From: Sarea resinae
Lineage: Eukaryota
Direction of reading: 5' to 3'
Length of the DNA stretch: 64,000 nucleotides
Assembly (NCBI GenBank): GCA_026026165.1
Contig: JAPEUD010000061.1
Coordinates: forward strand, 1 to 64,000
The notes under the pieces were generated by a model. The model was not told the DNA's origin, did not search any database, and worked only from the letters and a program-made list of their open reading frames with translations. Positions 26,052 through 39,129 of this stretch are shown piece after piece. The stretch's first letter is position 1, and each line of letters starts with the position of its first letter. Made by a program: the position numbers and the translations under genes.

Positions 26052-27084
26052 TTACGTCTTTTGCCTAGAGTTCCAGAGAAGGAAGGCTGAAAATAGGAAT
26101 AGAGCACTAATATTCAGACAGATTAGGCTTTTACTTTCTTTGAAATGCCCATTCATGTTGGCTTTAGCTAGGAGTGCAAGGATCGCAAAATGAGCGCGTG
26201 AGCGCAGAATCAATAAAGCCCCAACGATGAAGCTCGTGAGGGGCAATGAAAAGCTATCATTGAGCAAGAGTGGCAAGGTAAACAGACAGGAGGACAATAT
26301 GTTACTACCGGAGGCTAGCGATGGTGCAAGAGCAGAGCACAACGAAGAAGGTAGGGTCAGGAAGGAGATATTGAGACTCACCACAAGATGAATGTTGTTG
26401 CTAGGCCGACGAGCCATACCCCAACTGGGGGTGGATGGAAAACTTCTCTGTAATCTTTGCCTTTCGATTCCGTCGCCAACACAACGAAAGCGGACATCCA
26501 TAGGGCTGCTAACGTAATCTCGAAGATTAGATGCAGGACGGGGGAGAAGGAATGAGGTTGTGATAGTCGTGATGAGGTGGTGGAAGAGGAAGCGGGGCGC
26601 CAGGCACAGAATTGTCGGATTAAGAGCCCGATGGTATACAGAAGTGTCAACAGAGCTATAGGAATGGCTTTTGTTCTCGTCACCCTTGACGTTAGCCTCG
26701 TCCCTTTTTCTCAATAGTCTAGGAGGGGAAAAACCACAACAAGGACCGAAATGATCTTAAGAGGGGCATTTATTTTGAACGTTTGATAAAAGAGAAAATG
26801 ATATTGATCCGGTACCCTGCAGAGATTTGAAAAAGCTCTCTAAGAAATAGATCGCAGAAAGCAAGCGGAAAGAGAAAGAAAAGGATGCACATCAAGACCC
26901 ACACAGACTCACCAACCCCCAAGCCCTTGGCCATCCTATCAACACGCCAGTATCCCGGATTCACAGCCGTGTAGATGAGACATACGAGTGTCACGATGGC
27001 CAGTACCGCTTGTGTGGTCAAAAGCAGTGGAGGAAGATATGGAGTCTGCTGGAGAAATTGAAGGGAGCCACGGCGGAGGGCCAT
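26052..27084 (-). CDS. Small multi-pass (MARVEL-like) membrane protein, ~3 exons; last exon uncertain
   Basis: Hydrophobic ORFs are joined in frame by a GTGAGT...GCTAAC...TATAG intron (~26656-26911). There is a second GTGAGT donor near 26382, and about 4 hydrophobic segments. Confidence 0.45.
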
Positions 27085-27669
27085 TCTCGTCTCGTGTTGT
27101 TGTCTAGAACGAAGACCTGTGGCTGCTTGTGCTTTCTGGAAGAGCGAATGCGTGCTGCGAACGGACGAGGATGGATGGGCGTTCTGTGGATCGCCGTAGA
27201 TCTACAGTTCAGCGAACCCAAATTTGCAAGTCAAAGTCGGGAAGTCGTTGGTGGGTGGAGGATGCGGCTGTGGAAGCGTGAGCGTATGGGCGTGTGGCCG
27301 TTGGTGAGGTGGATGTATGTGTTGTGGTGATGTGCAAAAAGCTTCGATGGTGTCGTTTGGCTTTGCTGAGCTGTGTTGAATGTTCAATACCTACCTTCAT
27401 AATACGGTTGGCATTACCAGAGATCATACGTGCGTGCCTGTTTGCATGATCGCCAAATGTCACATATCTATTCTCATGTCGTTTTCTTTTCTTTTCAAGA
27501 CGGAGGCAAAATGGATATCTCAAAATCGAGCGTGAGACCAATACTATCATTGATCCTGTCTATAAATATCGAAATATCCTGAGAGAAGACAGCTCCCTTT
27601 TTATAATCACTGCTACTTTTCCTCTAACTGGTTATTACCACACTGCGGGTCAGCGGCGATGGTGACGTA

Positions 27670-29076
27670 CTATTTTCCACAAGGCTTTGGTATATCTGTT
27701 GGCTCTTCCCGAGCTTCTGCTGCTGTGTGTGGATTGATTTCAGGCGTCGGGTATGGTTCATCCCACATGTTGGTCACCGCGGAGAGGTTAGATGGCGAAC
27801 GTGCAAATATAGACCGCAGCTCATTGAGGTTCTCAATTTCCGCCTCGAAGTGGCGGTATTCGCTGTTTGCTCCAGAAGACAGACTGGCTTGAGTCATCGA
27901 TCTGGGCTGATTTGGATGGTTGAAATGAGTCTGCGTGACGGCTCGACTCGGCGGAACAAACTGAGTCCGAGGCCCGCTATAGGTCGGCTGATAGGTTTGC
28001 TGCAAGGCCGGCTCACCTTGCTGGTGCCATTTGTAGGTGGCAATTTGGGGTAGTCCGTCAATTACAACTGCTTCTGGCAAAGGATTGAGGCTGTATTCGG
28101 ATGCGCGCAAATCCAGAGGAACCTGACGGGTCATCGTAGTCGGAGGTCTCTGCGCAATCTGATTATTCGCTTTTGGCGTAGGATTGCGGCGGTGCTCAGT
28201 GATACTTGCCATGCCGGGTTGGGAAAAGTGATTAGTCGTTGCAGCTGGATATTTTGCAAGAATCCGAGTGTTCGTTCCTGGAACAGAATTACGGCTGTGT
28301 TCAGCAAGGCTTGTGACTTCAATTTGCGGACGCCGTTCAGGAATCGGGCTGTTTATTCCTGGGACAGGATCGCCCCTGTATTCAGCCACGCTCGTAGCCC
28401 CACTCTGGCGAAAACTACCGGTAGTCGTAGCTGAAAGTCTTAGAGGGACGCGATTGCTTGTTTCTGATATGCTATTGCGGCTAGATTCAGTGACGCTCGT
28501 GGCCGTGGTCTGGGAAAGGTTACCAATCGTCGAAGCGGAACGCCGCCGGGGAATCCGATTTAGTAAAGCCTCTCGATATCTTCTGTCATCCGGCACGTAG
28601 GTAAGAGAGTCTGGCAGAGGATCTGGCCATCTATTGGCCTCTGCTGTCGTTACGGCATGGGGCTGGTCATTGCCGATGGACTCTACTCCAGCTTGTCGCG
28701 CCCCTCTCCTCCCTCCAGTCAATCTGCTCTCGATGTCCTCCTTTGAGGTCGCGTCAGAATTTCTCCGACAGAAGAGAAGAATCAGCGACCCAGCGAAAGC
28801 CACGATGATTATAAACGCATAGCAGATTCCGGCGCTGATGAGGAAGTCAAGAGGAATAAGAGCTTTCTGGAAAGCAGTATAGCTGACAACAACTGTCGCA
28901 CAGATAACGAAGTTCGTAAAGAACAGCAGCGGCAAGATGACATAGACAATAATCCAGACGAGCTTGACCCAGCGCGATAGAGGAGGCTTTCTCTCATGAG
29001 ATGATCGTATGGACCTGGACTTCAGCCATCGGTGGCCCGTCGTGTGGTAGTCCGAGAGCTGTGCAGTCCAATCCAT
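27670..29076 (-). CDS. Orphan protein: two N-terminal TM helices plus a disordered tail with degenerate repeats
   Basis: 468-aa ATG-initiated ORF with hydrophobic segments at about residues 38-62 and 75-103. Confidence 0.7.
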   Translation of the reverse strand: MDWTAQLSDYHTTGHRWLKSRSIRSSHERKPPLSRWVKLVWIIVYVILPLLFFTNFVICATVVVSYTAFQKALIPLDFLISAGICYAFIIIVAFAGSLILLFCRRNSDATSKEDIESRLTGGRRGARQAGVESIGNDQPHAVTTAEANRWPDPLPDSLTYVPDDRRYREALLNRIPRRRSASTIGNLSQTTATSVTESSRNSISETSNRVPLRLSATTTGSFRQSGATSVAEYRGDPVPGINSPIPERRPQIEVTSLAEHSRNSVPGTNTRILAKYPAATTNHFSQPGMASITEHRRNPTPKANNQIAQRPPTTMTRQVPLDLRASEYSLNPLPEAVVIDGLPQIATYKWHQQGEPALQQTYQPTYSGPRTQFVPPSRAVTQTHFNHPNQPRSMTQASLSSGANSEYRHFEAEIENLNELRSIFARSPSNLSAVTNMWDEPYPTPEINPHTAAEAREEPTDIPKPCGK

Positions 29077-30578
29077 GATATCCTACCCTTCAGCGGTGAG
29101 TTCACATGCCTTCCGAGGGATCAAGACGGGCTTCGATACGGATATCGAGCCAATATCGAACGAGTTTATGGTTGCTATCATCTTTATGAATGAGACTTTC
29201 TGTATGTCATGGCAGGGCAGAATGCGAGAGACGATTCTCGTGGATCCATTCATTACGGCTCATTGCATCTTCGATGCCGCGCCAGAAAGCCATGCTATAA
29301 AGAACCACTTTCTCTAATATGTGAACGTGATATGGCTTTCACTAGGGGAGTTGGAGAGCTTTTGGCTGTGCATTGTCACCGTACGACGTGCCAGCCTGCC
29401 AGCAATATACTGAAATAGGCTGGCAGACGGAGGTTTCTCATGTACTGTTTCCTCATCTTCGATGTCCGCCTGATAGAAAAATCGGCACCAATGATGCCAC
29501 GGGAACCACTTCTCTGTTGATAAGGTGCGGCGAGTACTGCGTAGTATGGAGTAATGTAGGGCTGGAGGAGGTCGATCTCTGGGGAAGGCAAGCTTGGTGG
29601 CTTACCGCGGTACATCGATGATTGTCGAATTGGAACAAGGCGAACAGCAGCGAAGGTGACACCACAACGGCCACATGCAGGCACGGGGAATGTTGTGGAC
29701 TAATGTGGATGGACGTCCCTGCGCTGTGGAGTGGAGTGGAGAAGTTGGGATCAGGACAACGACTACTCCATACTCCATACTCTATTTGCACTCGACTCGT
29801 ACTCTACTCCAATAATAATCCGTCCATCGGGATCTGAAGGGCGTCCATACCTTTCCCTACTGGCGTCTTCGCCCCCAAGATGATGATGGACGTGGTTTTA
29901 CGTGATGTCCCGCTGCAAGCTATGCCGGGGCGGCATAAGCACAAAGTTGGCCACGGTAAACGAGCCAGATCCTACCTCCCCGTCGGCAGAGCATACCAGA
30001 GTATTAATCTCCATGGAAGTCGATACGGATTACTATTACAGTGCTAGTAAACTAGGCTCTCTGCCTTGGGTACTCGACGAGTCAAACATCGAGTGAATAC
30101 TGCGCGGTATATCATGATCATCATCCTTGCTGATCTACTAGGCTCTAACTCACGTCGGATGCAGAATCAGCCGCGTAGTCCCGTCCGGCCCCATAGAATA
30201 TCTCCATGTCCCCGCCAGCACTGCCAGCTTCATCAACTCAGGATCGAGGCGCGCGCTGGATGTTGGACTGATTGAGAGACTGTCGACCTCTGGGAGGCTT
30301 TTGCATCGTGAAAAGAGACCAATTCGACCCGCAGTGGCGCAGTGGCAAAAGAGCACTGGTGCTCGACATCTCGTCGTCATTTCATGCGCACGCGACCCTC
30401 TTCCGACGCTCGATCCTTAATGCTGCCAGCCTTGAATGAGGATTCGCAGCGCAGAAGCATCGACTCGCTTTTCTCTCTCTCCGCCTAGAGTATAGCGAGC
30501 CATGCGAATTATATCTTCGAGGCCAATCCAGATCCGACAATTCCATCTCGTCCCAGCGTTGGGCGTCGGCTACCGAAG

Positions 30579-33500
30579 ATGGTAATACTGCGGCAGACTT
30601 GGACGCTCACGGCAAAGACTCTACGCATCGTCCTCGTTCGACATGCGTTCACGACAATCTTGCGTGCCCTGCTCCTTCCAATCGCCTTTTTCATCTTCCT
30701 AGCGTACGCCAAGAATCTATTCGTCCCGCCAGCGACGTACGGAATTGGACATCCATCGCCAGTCAAAAACCTGACCGAGATCCTCAAGAGCCATCCGGGA
30801 GGGAGAGATCGAATTGCGTTCGTCAATAGTGGATTTACTGGAGGCAATATTGAGAGGATAATCAATATCGTGTCTGCTCCAGCCAAAGATGCAGGCTTCG
30901 AGGTACAAATTCTCGCGCGCGAGGAGGAGCTGCTCACGGCCTGCCATAGCTCTCTGCGAGGTGTCTCGAGGTGCTTCGGAGCTGCGGTCTTCTATTCCTC
31001 TCCGACGGAAGGACTTGGTGGAATATGGAACTACAGTAAGTCGACCGAGATTCTTGCTCATGATGGGAGACTAATTGAGTCTGCTAGCCCTTCGAGCGGA
31101 CGGGTCGCTGGGCAGCAACTTGCACGTCGACAAATCTACCAATGACGTGGAGAAATATCCCTTGCCATTTCAGCATGCAATCGATTTTGGCATTGCATCA
31201 ATCAATAGCACTGTCGATTACCATGCGCTACCACCGGAGATCATGGAATACCCCTATACTTCGGAGTCAAACCATGAACGCCATGTGCAAGTGCGTATCC
31301 ACTATATGAAGGCCCTCATCAACATTCTTGGTGTGGCTTTTTTCGTCGGTGTTGTTGGCGTTACTTATCAATTGGTCGGTTTTATGGCTTACGAGCGAGA
31401 GCTCGGAATGTCCCAACTCATCGAAGCAATGATGCCCAACGTGAGGAGATGGCAGCCTCAATTTGCCCGCCTAATGTCACATCACATCGCCTTTGACATC
31501 ATTTACTTCCCGGCTTGGTTAATCATGGGATTTATAGCCGCGTATGGCGTTTTCCAGCAAACCTCGCCTGCGATTGTCATCGTCACCCATTTACTGATAG
31601 GACTTTCACTCTCTTCACTTTCTATATTTGGCGGCGTCTTCTTCAAAAAGGCACAACTCTCGGGGATTACTATGGTGATGATCTGCATCATTCTGGCTAT
31701 TCTGGCTCAGGTTCTAACGTACAGCTCCGGCGCTGTGGCCATCCTGAGTCTGCTGTTCCCACCTATGAACTACACATTCTTTATATTGCTAATGGCTCGG
31801 TGGGAACACCAAGATCTCGGCGTTAATTTGGTGAAATCGGCTCCAGACAACCCTTGGGGTCTTCCTGGCATAGTTCTTTGGGTCTTCATGGCCATACAAA
31901 TCCTTGCTTTTCCATTACTGGGAGCTCTGGTTGAGCGCGCTCTTTATAGTACTTCTTGTGAAGGTCGATCCTTATCACAAAACCATGACGATAAAAGGGC
32001 CGTGCAATTAAACGGCTTCTCCAAGAGTTATCCACCTAATTGGTTCTACCGGCATGTGGCACCCGTCTTTGGCAAGAGCAGAGAAACCGTTGTCGCAGTG
32101 GACAATTTGACTCTGGACGCACTAGAGGGTCAGATACTAGTGTTGCTCGGAGCGAACGGCAGCGGCAAATCAACTACTCTCGACGCGATCGCTGGTCTGA
32201 GCAGGGTTACTAGCGGCTCCATCGAAGTCGATGGTAGGGGTGGTTTAGGAATGTGTCCACAGAAAGTAAGGTTTAGAAGTGCTGTTGTAGGAATCCGCTG
32301 ACGACCTAAACAGAATGTGCTTTGGGACGATCTCACTGTCGAAGAACATGTGCAGATCTTCAATCGCCTAAAATCCGTCGAGACAACAGATTCGAAGACT
32401 GCCATCCAGAGTCTCATCACTGCTTGTGACTTGGATCGTAAGTTGGGCGCCAAGAGTAAAACCCTCTCTGGCGGCCAAAAGCGAAAGCTCCAGTTGAGCA
32501 TGATGGTACATTCCACCTCGTATTCAAGGCTCGTTCCTCAAGCTAATTCGTTCCAGTTTACTGGTGGAAGTCGAGTCTGCTGCGTGGATGAAGCATCGAG
32601 TGGGCTTGATCCATTAAGCCGACGGAAGATCTGGGATATATTACTCGCCGAACGCGGTCTCAGGACCATTATTCTGACTACTCATTTCCTCGACGAGGCC
32701 GACCTTCTTTCCGACCATATTGCTGTCCTTTCCAGAGGTGTTCTTAAAGCCGACGGTTCCGCTGTCGAACTTAAGCATAAGCTCGGTGGCGGGTATAGAG
32801 TTCACGTGCACAATGATCTCGAAAAGAAAGCTCTTCAAACCATCGAGGGACCTCCGGCGAAGCACTTGTACGATCAAACCATATACAACCTCCCAGATTC
32901 TGCTGGGGCAATGCGTTTCATTAATCGACTCGAGGAGTCAGGCATTCGAGACTATCAGGTCAATGGTCCAACGATCGAAGACGTTTTTCTAAAGCTCGCA
33001 GAAGAAGTCAAGACCGATCTACCCAGTCTCAAGACCTCACCGCCAGGATCATCCCTGGATGGTAAGTTCAAAGAGGGTAGTGTGATGATAGCCGAAGATC
33101 AAGCCACAGATACGGACTCAGAGAACTCGGAGTTGAACCTTCTCCCTGGCAAACAAATTCGAATGACTAGTCAAGCTTGGATTCTCTTTCGAAAAAGACT
33201 CACAATCTTACGTCGCAACTTTTTACCCTATGGAGTAGCTCTTTTGGTACCTGTCATCGCTGCAGGCTGTGTCACTCTTTTCCTAAAGGATTTCCACGGC
33301 GCCGGCTGTTCGCCTAGCCAGCAAGTCTCTACGTCAGATGTGGATTCCCTATTGACAATAACGGACGCGGGACACCAACTCCTGCTTGCACCTTCCAGCA
33401 GGATTCCATCAGACTCTCTTTTACGCTACTATTCTACTCTACCACCGGCAGATGGTCCTTATGCTGTGAGCTCGTCCACATTTCTCCGATCGGTCCATAC

Positions 33501-35635
33501 TGTGAATACATCAACTCAATTTACTGGCCTGATCGACACAGATTATGCCATAGTCACTCCTGGAGGAGCTTTCCTTGGGGATGACCAATCACCTACGACT
33601 TTTGCCTATAAGATCAACGGGGGGATCCAAACGGCGGTCATCACCCAAAATGTTCTCGACAATCTCCTCACCAATATCTCGATAAGCACTCAGTACGCCG
33701 AATTCGACATTCCGTGGGCGCCCAAAACTGGTAAAACCCTCCAGCTTGTTGTCTATTTTGGTCTGGCCATGGCTGTATATCCCTCATTCTTCGCTCTCTA
33801 TCCCACTGTTGAACGCCTGCGGAACGTTCGGGCTCTTCACTATAGTAACGGCGTGCGAATCCTGCCGTTGTGGCTCGCGTATATAAGCTTTGATTTCCTT
33901 CTTGTGCTCGTGGCAAGCGTCTTGGTCATCATTATTTTCGCAGCATCAAGCAGCGTGTGGTACCATATAGCATACTTGTTTCCGGTCTTCTTCTTGTATG
34001 GCCTCGCCTCGACTTTACTAGGCTACGTTATCTCTCTTTTTTCGACGTCTCAACTTGCGACCTTCGCCATGGCCGCAGGCGGTCAAGCGTACGTATCCTT
34101 ACCATCTGTTATCTGAATGACCTTACTGACAATGCTCTAGTGTCATGTTTCTAATCTATTTCATCGCCTACTTATGCGTCCTCACCTACGCACCTCCTCA
34201 GAAGATCGATTACTCTGTCAATGTTGCGTATTTCACTATTGCGAGTATCACACCCGCCGGCAATTTAGCTCGAGCTATGCTTGTGTCACTTAATGTGTTT
34301 TCGATCGTATGCCGAGATAGGTCCGTCGCGTCAAACCCGGGCGACATGACCTTGTATGGAGGGCCGATACTTTACTTGATTCTTCAATCACTCTTTCTTT
34401 TTGGAGTGCTGCTGTGGTGGGACAGTGGCTCAACCATCCAGAGATTCAGGAAAACTGTTCATTCTGAAGACATCGAGGATACTGGTCTTCAGGATGACGA
34501 GGTGGCAACGAAAAAGTCCCAAAACGGTTTACGCGTTGCTCATGTCAGCAAATCATTTGGTGGTAGTGTCGCTGTCGAGGATGTCACCTTTAGCGTAGGG
34601 AGAGGCGAAGTGTTCGCACTCCTGGGCCCAAATGGTGCTGGAAAATCTACCACAATCAGCTTGATTCGTGGCGACATCCAACCGTCCTATCGCGGGGGAG
34701 AAATCTTCATCGAGAACATCCCTCTCTCCAAACATCGGGCCGCAGCCCGCCAATCTCTAGGTGTCTGTCCCCAATTCGAAGCCATGGATCAAATGACTGT
34801 GCTCGAACACCTGCGCTTCTATGCCCGCATAAGAGGAGTTGATGACATCGAGCACAACGTTCGTGAAGTCATTCGAGCTGTCGGTCTAAAGGCCTTCTCC
34901 TCGCGTATGGCGGCGAAGCTCTCGGGTGGTAACAAAAGAAAACTGTCTCTCGGTATCGCGCTCATGGGAAATCCCAGTGTGCTACTACTTGACGAGCCAT
35001 CCTCCGGCATGGACGCTGCATCTAAACGTGTTATGTGGCGTACCCTCAGTTCGATTGTCCCAGGACGCTCACTAGTACTCACGACGCATTCTATGGAAGA
35101 AGCAGACGCGCTGGCAGACAGAGCGGGCATCATGGCCAAAAGGATGTTGGCGTTAGGCACGAGCGATCACCTGCGCCGAACATACGGGAACGCTTATTAC
35201 GTGCATCTTGTTACGAAGAGTGCACCACACACACCAGCCGAAGAAATGGACCGTATCAAACGATGGATCTTGGAGCGTTTTGAAGGTGCGGTTGTCGAGG
35301 ACAAGACAACTTGTCATGGACAGATGCGTTTCAAGTTACCTGCTGAATCCGAGCATTCGCTTGAGCCCCCTCCTTATGCTTCGAGCAGTGTGGAGAAAGA
35401 AGGGGCAGCGTCGAAGCGGGGTGGTGGCATCAGCGCACTCTTCACGGCGCTGGAAGGACAAAAAGAGGATCTGGATCTGCAATACTATTCCGTCTCCCGT
35501 TCGACCCTTGATCAGGTCTTTTTATCTATTGTCGGCCAATACAATGTTGAGGAAGAGAATTACAGATCTCAGGAGAGTGATGGAATCAGAGCTTGGTGGC
35601 ATTTTTCTGGTCCTAAATTTTGGCGCCGATTCTGA
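30579..35635 (+). CDS. Full-length ABCA-subfamily ABC transporter; ~5 exons
   Basis: Two TMD-NBD halves: GANGSGKST / LSGGQKRKL / VDEASSGLD and GPNGAGKST / LSGGNKRKLS / LDEPSSGMD; also TTHFLDEAD, TTHSMEEADAL and TLDQVF. Confidence 0.95.
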
Positions 35636-36053
35636 AGGGGCATTTCCAGGAGTTTCTCTATCTCATTCGTTCATTTCACATCTCATAATGCTTACGTGCA
35701 AGAGACGGCCAGGGGAATAGGATCTCGAGTAAATATCTCAAGTCGCCGCAGCTTTTTGTATATATCGAGCTCCCGAATGTACACTGTAATTATCTTTGCA
35801 TTAGAAAAAGACAAAGTGTTTCGTATACCATGTTCGTGAGCCTTTAGTATTCAGAGGGTCTTTCGGCCGGTATCGGCATTTTGGCAGGTGTAAACAAACG
35901 GCAATCTCCGTCGGGCAGATGACGCATTGCGAAGAGCTCACAAGACCGTCCTGCATCCCGAACATTGATTCATCCTGCGTTGTGAGGTCAACATTGCCCT
36001 CATCTACAATTTCGGCATACATCCTCCCCTCAACTGCTTAAGCTCCAGAAATC

Positions 36054-37791
36054 ATGACGAAGAAGTGGCCATTACAAGACGTCCACGCCTCTATGGCGTC
36101 AATTAAGCTAGAAGAACCACCCTCTCCACCACCGGAACAACGCACCGCGCGTCCGGCATCTTCGCCGCCGAAAGAGATTTCTGTTGAATCCTACACTGAG
36201 CCATTTTTATACTTTCTCCAAGGAAACCCGACAGTCTTCCATGCTGTAGCGCACTTCTCGAATGAGTTGGAGTCGCATGGATATCTGAAGCTGTCGGAGA
36301 GAGATTCCTGGACGCATAAGCTCGAGAAGGGTGGGAGGTACTACATTGATCGCAATGGAAGCAGCTTGGTCGCTTTTGCTATTGGAAATGAATACAAGCC
36401 TGGGAATGGTGCGGCCATAATTGCCGGCCATATTGATGCTCTGACAGCAAGATGTGCGTATCAGAAGATGAATATTGGGTTCAGGGGCTAATTCTCACTA
36501 GTGAAGCCCATTCCTAAGCTTCAAACGAAGGCAGGCTATGTCCAACTGGGTCAGTAGTGATTTCACGTATCTGCCCGACGATTCATTGACAGTATGAAAG
36601 GTGTGGCTCCATACGCAGGCGCGCTGAACAGTACATGGTGGGATCGAGATCTTGGTGTTGCGGGGCGGGTCTTGGTCAAGGACAACGACTCTGGGAAGAT
36701 TATTACAAAGCTTGTGAAGCTTGGGTGGCCAAGTCAGTGATCCTTTTCCAGGCACCAGGATCATCTCTAACATTTCCCAGTCGCTCGCGTTCCCACACTC
36801 GCTCCTCATTTTGGGGCTGCTGCGAGTGGGCCGTTCAATAAAGAGACGCAGATGGTACCTATCATTGGGCTAGATAGTTCAGATTCGTCAAGTACAGGAT
36901 TGGACAGTCAGTGGAAAGGGAGCGTACTGGGTGGCGAGGGGACTTTTGCATCGACTCAACCTGAACGTTTGGTCAAAGCAATTGCCGGAGAACTCGGCAT
37001 TGAAGATTGTAGGAGCCCACCGATAGGCCAACCTTCCAGCTGATAGCTAACGTGAACCAGACGGCAGTATCATAAGCTGGGAATTGGAGCTCTTCGACAC
37101 ACAGGCCCCTCAGCTAGGCGGTATCGACAAGGAGTTCATCTTTGCCGGCCGAATAGACGACAAGCTATGCTCGTACGCCGCACTCGAGGCTCTATTAGCC
37201 TCTAGCAAAGAAGCAGACGACAATAGTGGGATCTTGAAAATCGTCGGACTTTTCGACGACGAGGAAATCGGAAGTCAACTCCGTCAGGGAGCGCGCAGCA
37301 ACCTCCTCTCCAGTATCATCGAGCGCATCACGGAAGCCAGCGCCAGCACCACAAGTGCCAACCTGCTCTCTCAGACCTATGCCAACAGCTTCCTCGTCTC
37401 GGCGGACGTCACTCACGCCGTCAACCCCAACTTCCTCGGCGCGTATCTCGAAAACCACGCGCCGCGACTCAACGTCGGCGTCGCCATCCAGGCCGACCCC
37501 AACGGCCACATGACGACCGACGCCGTCTCGACTGCCCTCCTACAGCGCATCGCCAGCAAAGCGGGCGCCAAACTCCAAGTCTTCCAGATCCGCAACGATA
37601 GTCGCTCCGGCGGCACCGTCGGACCCATGCTGTCGACCATGACGGGCATCCGAGCCATCGATGCCGGCCTGCCCCAGCTCTCTATGCATAGTATTCGCGC
37701 TACCGTCGGCAGTCTGGATCCGGGCTTGGGCGTCAAGCTATTCAAGGCTGTTTTCGATCACTACGAGAGTGTTGATCGGGAGTTTGCTTGA
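36054..37791 (+). CDS. M18 aminopeptidase (vacuolar Lap4/Ape1-like); ~5 exons
   Basis: NPTVFHAV, RNGSSLVAF, GHIDAL, WWDRDLG, RIDDKLC, FDDEEIGS, ADVTHAVNPN, SRSGGTVGP and LSMHSIR. Confidence 0.93.
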
Positions 37792-38329
37792 TGATCGTCG
37801 GGTCGGCTTCTCTTTTGCTCTCTTTTTTGTGAAAGTATGTGTGCGTGCATGCATGTTTGGTCCTTGCAAGGAGAAAGTGGAGGTACGACGAGGTGTAGGG
37901 AAAGGGACAGGGCAGTGTGCATTCGATATGCCGTTCAAATTTCTTCTTCTCCTCTTTCCTCTTTTTGCGGGCCTTGATACATATTTCTTTCCCAAGGGCT
38001 CCCATATTTTGCATTCTCTTTCTCTTCCGACCCTGGTACCGTATGATATCGATTATCAGCCTGGTCCGGGTTCGCACACGCACACGCATACACTCCACCT
38101 ACCCATACACATACAGACAGGTAGAATACTCATGCATCCTCACGCACTTGCGACGCTCAGAGGCTACGGCTACGACCAGTCCCTTGGTAGGTGAACTTCT
38201 CTTGCGTCGTAGACCCTTGACATGCAATCCCGCGATCCTGTACTGTGCACAATACTCGGAGATAATCAATGCCTACGGTTCTCTTTGGATATGGATGCGG
38301 TGGAGTTGATCCCTGCCAGCCTACTACAT

Positions 38330-38374
38330 ACCTACCTTACCTACCTACCTACCTACCTACCTACCTACCTACCT
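38330..38374. repeat. (CTAC)n microsatellite
   Basis: Direct tandem run of CTAC. Confidence 0.9.
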
Positions 38375-39129
38375 GCAGTGCTCATGCATCGCATTGCATT
38401 GCATTGGCATTGGCACGGGCAACTCCACTGCTGCACATGGACCCGGCCCATTTACCCTTCTGGTATTGGTAGCCAGCCAGCCGTCTAGCTAGCTAGCTGG
38501 ATACCTTTAGCCTCATACCTTAGATAGATGGGTAGCTACTTAGGCAGATAGATGGATAGCTAGATAGCGATAAATGTGGTTTTATTTATTGCGCCCTTTT
38601 TACTGCTCGAGCTTGCTAGATAGGTATCTATCGCTTATTTCTGTTGTGTGTGCTGCAGTTCCTGAGTCGTCTATCATCCAATACCGATCTATACCCCGTT
38701 GCTCACAACCACAACTGCTTTCGGCGTCGATTAACATGTGCAGTAGAGATCCACCACTACTGACTACCTAGGTACTCTTATATAGATCATCGAATGCCCT
38801 CGACAGCTAGAATTGTTCTCCTAGCTAACTGCACAACTTTCAAAGCCAGGCCAGCCATACCCATCCTAGAGGAACTCTCTCTAAACACAGACTTCTTAGC
38901 AATCTCCCACGAATCGCGCCACGAGTGCTAGAGGAGGCGCTTGTAGTAGGATTAGATAAAGAGAGAGACGCCGAGCGGACGGGGAGCCGAAAAAATCACA
39001 AAAGAAGAAAAAGAGAAACAAAAGGAGAAACAACATCATTCTAAATTAGCTATACTGGCCCACACAGCGGTAACTTTTGTATTACCCCTAGTCCCCCTTC
39101 TACAATTTCTGTTAGCATCTCTCTTAATC

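Noticed and set aside
29389..29940. Short inverted repeats (ctgccagc...gctggcag; tatgccg-ggg-cggcata) in the divergent promoter before the ABCA gene
   Set aside because: Arms of 7-8 bp are expected by chance, and there is no MITE, TSD or RNA-gene context.
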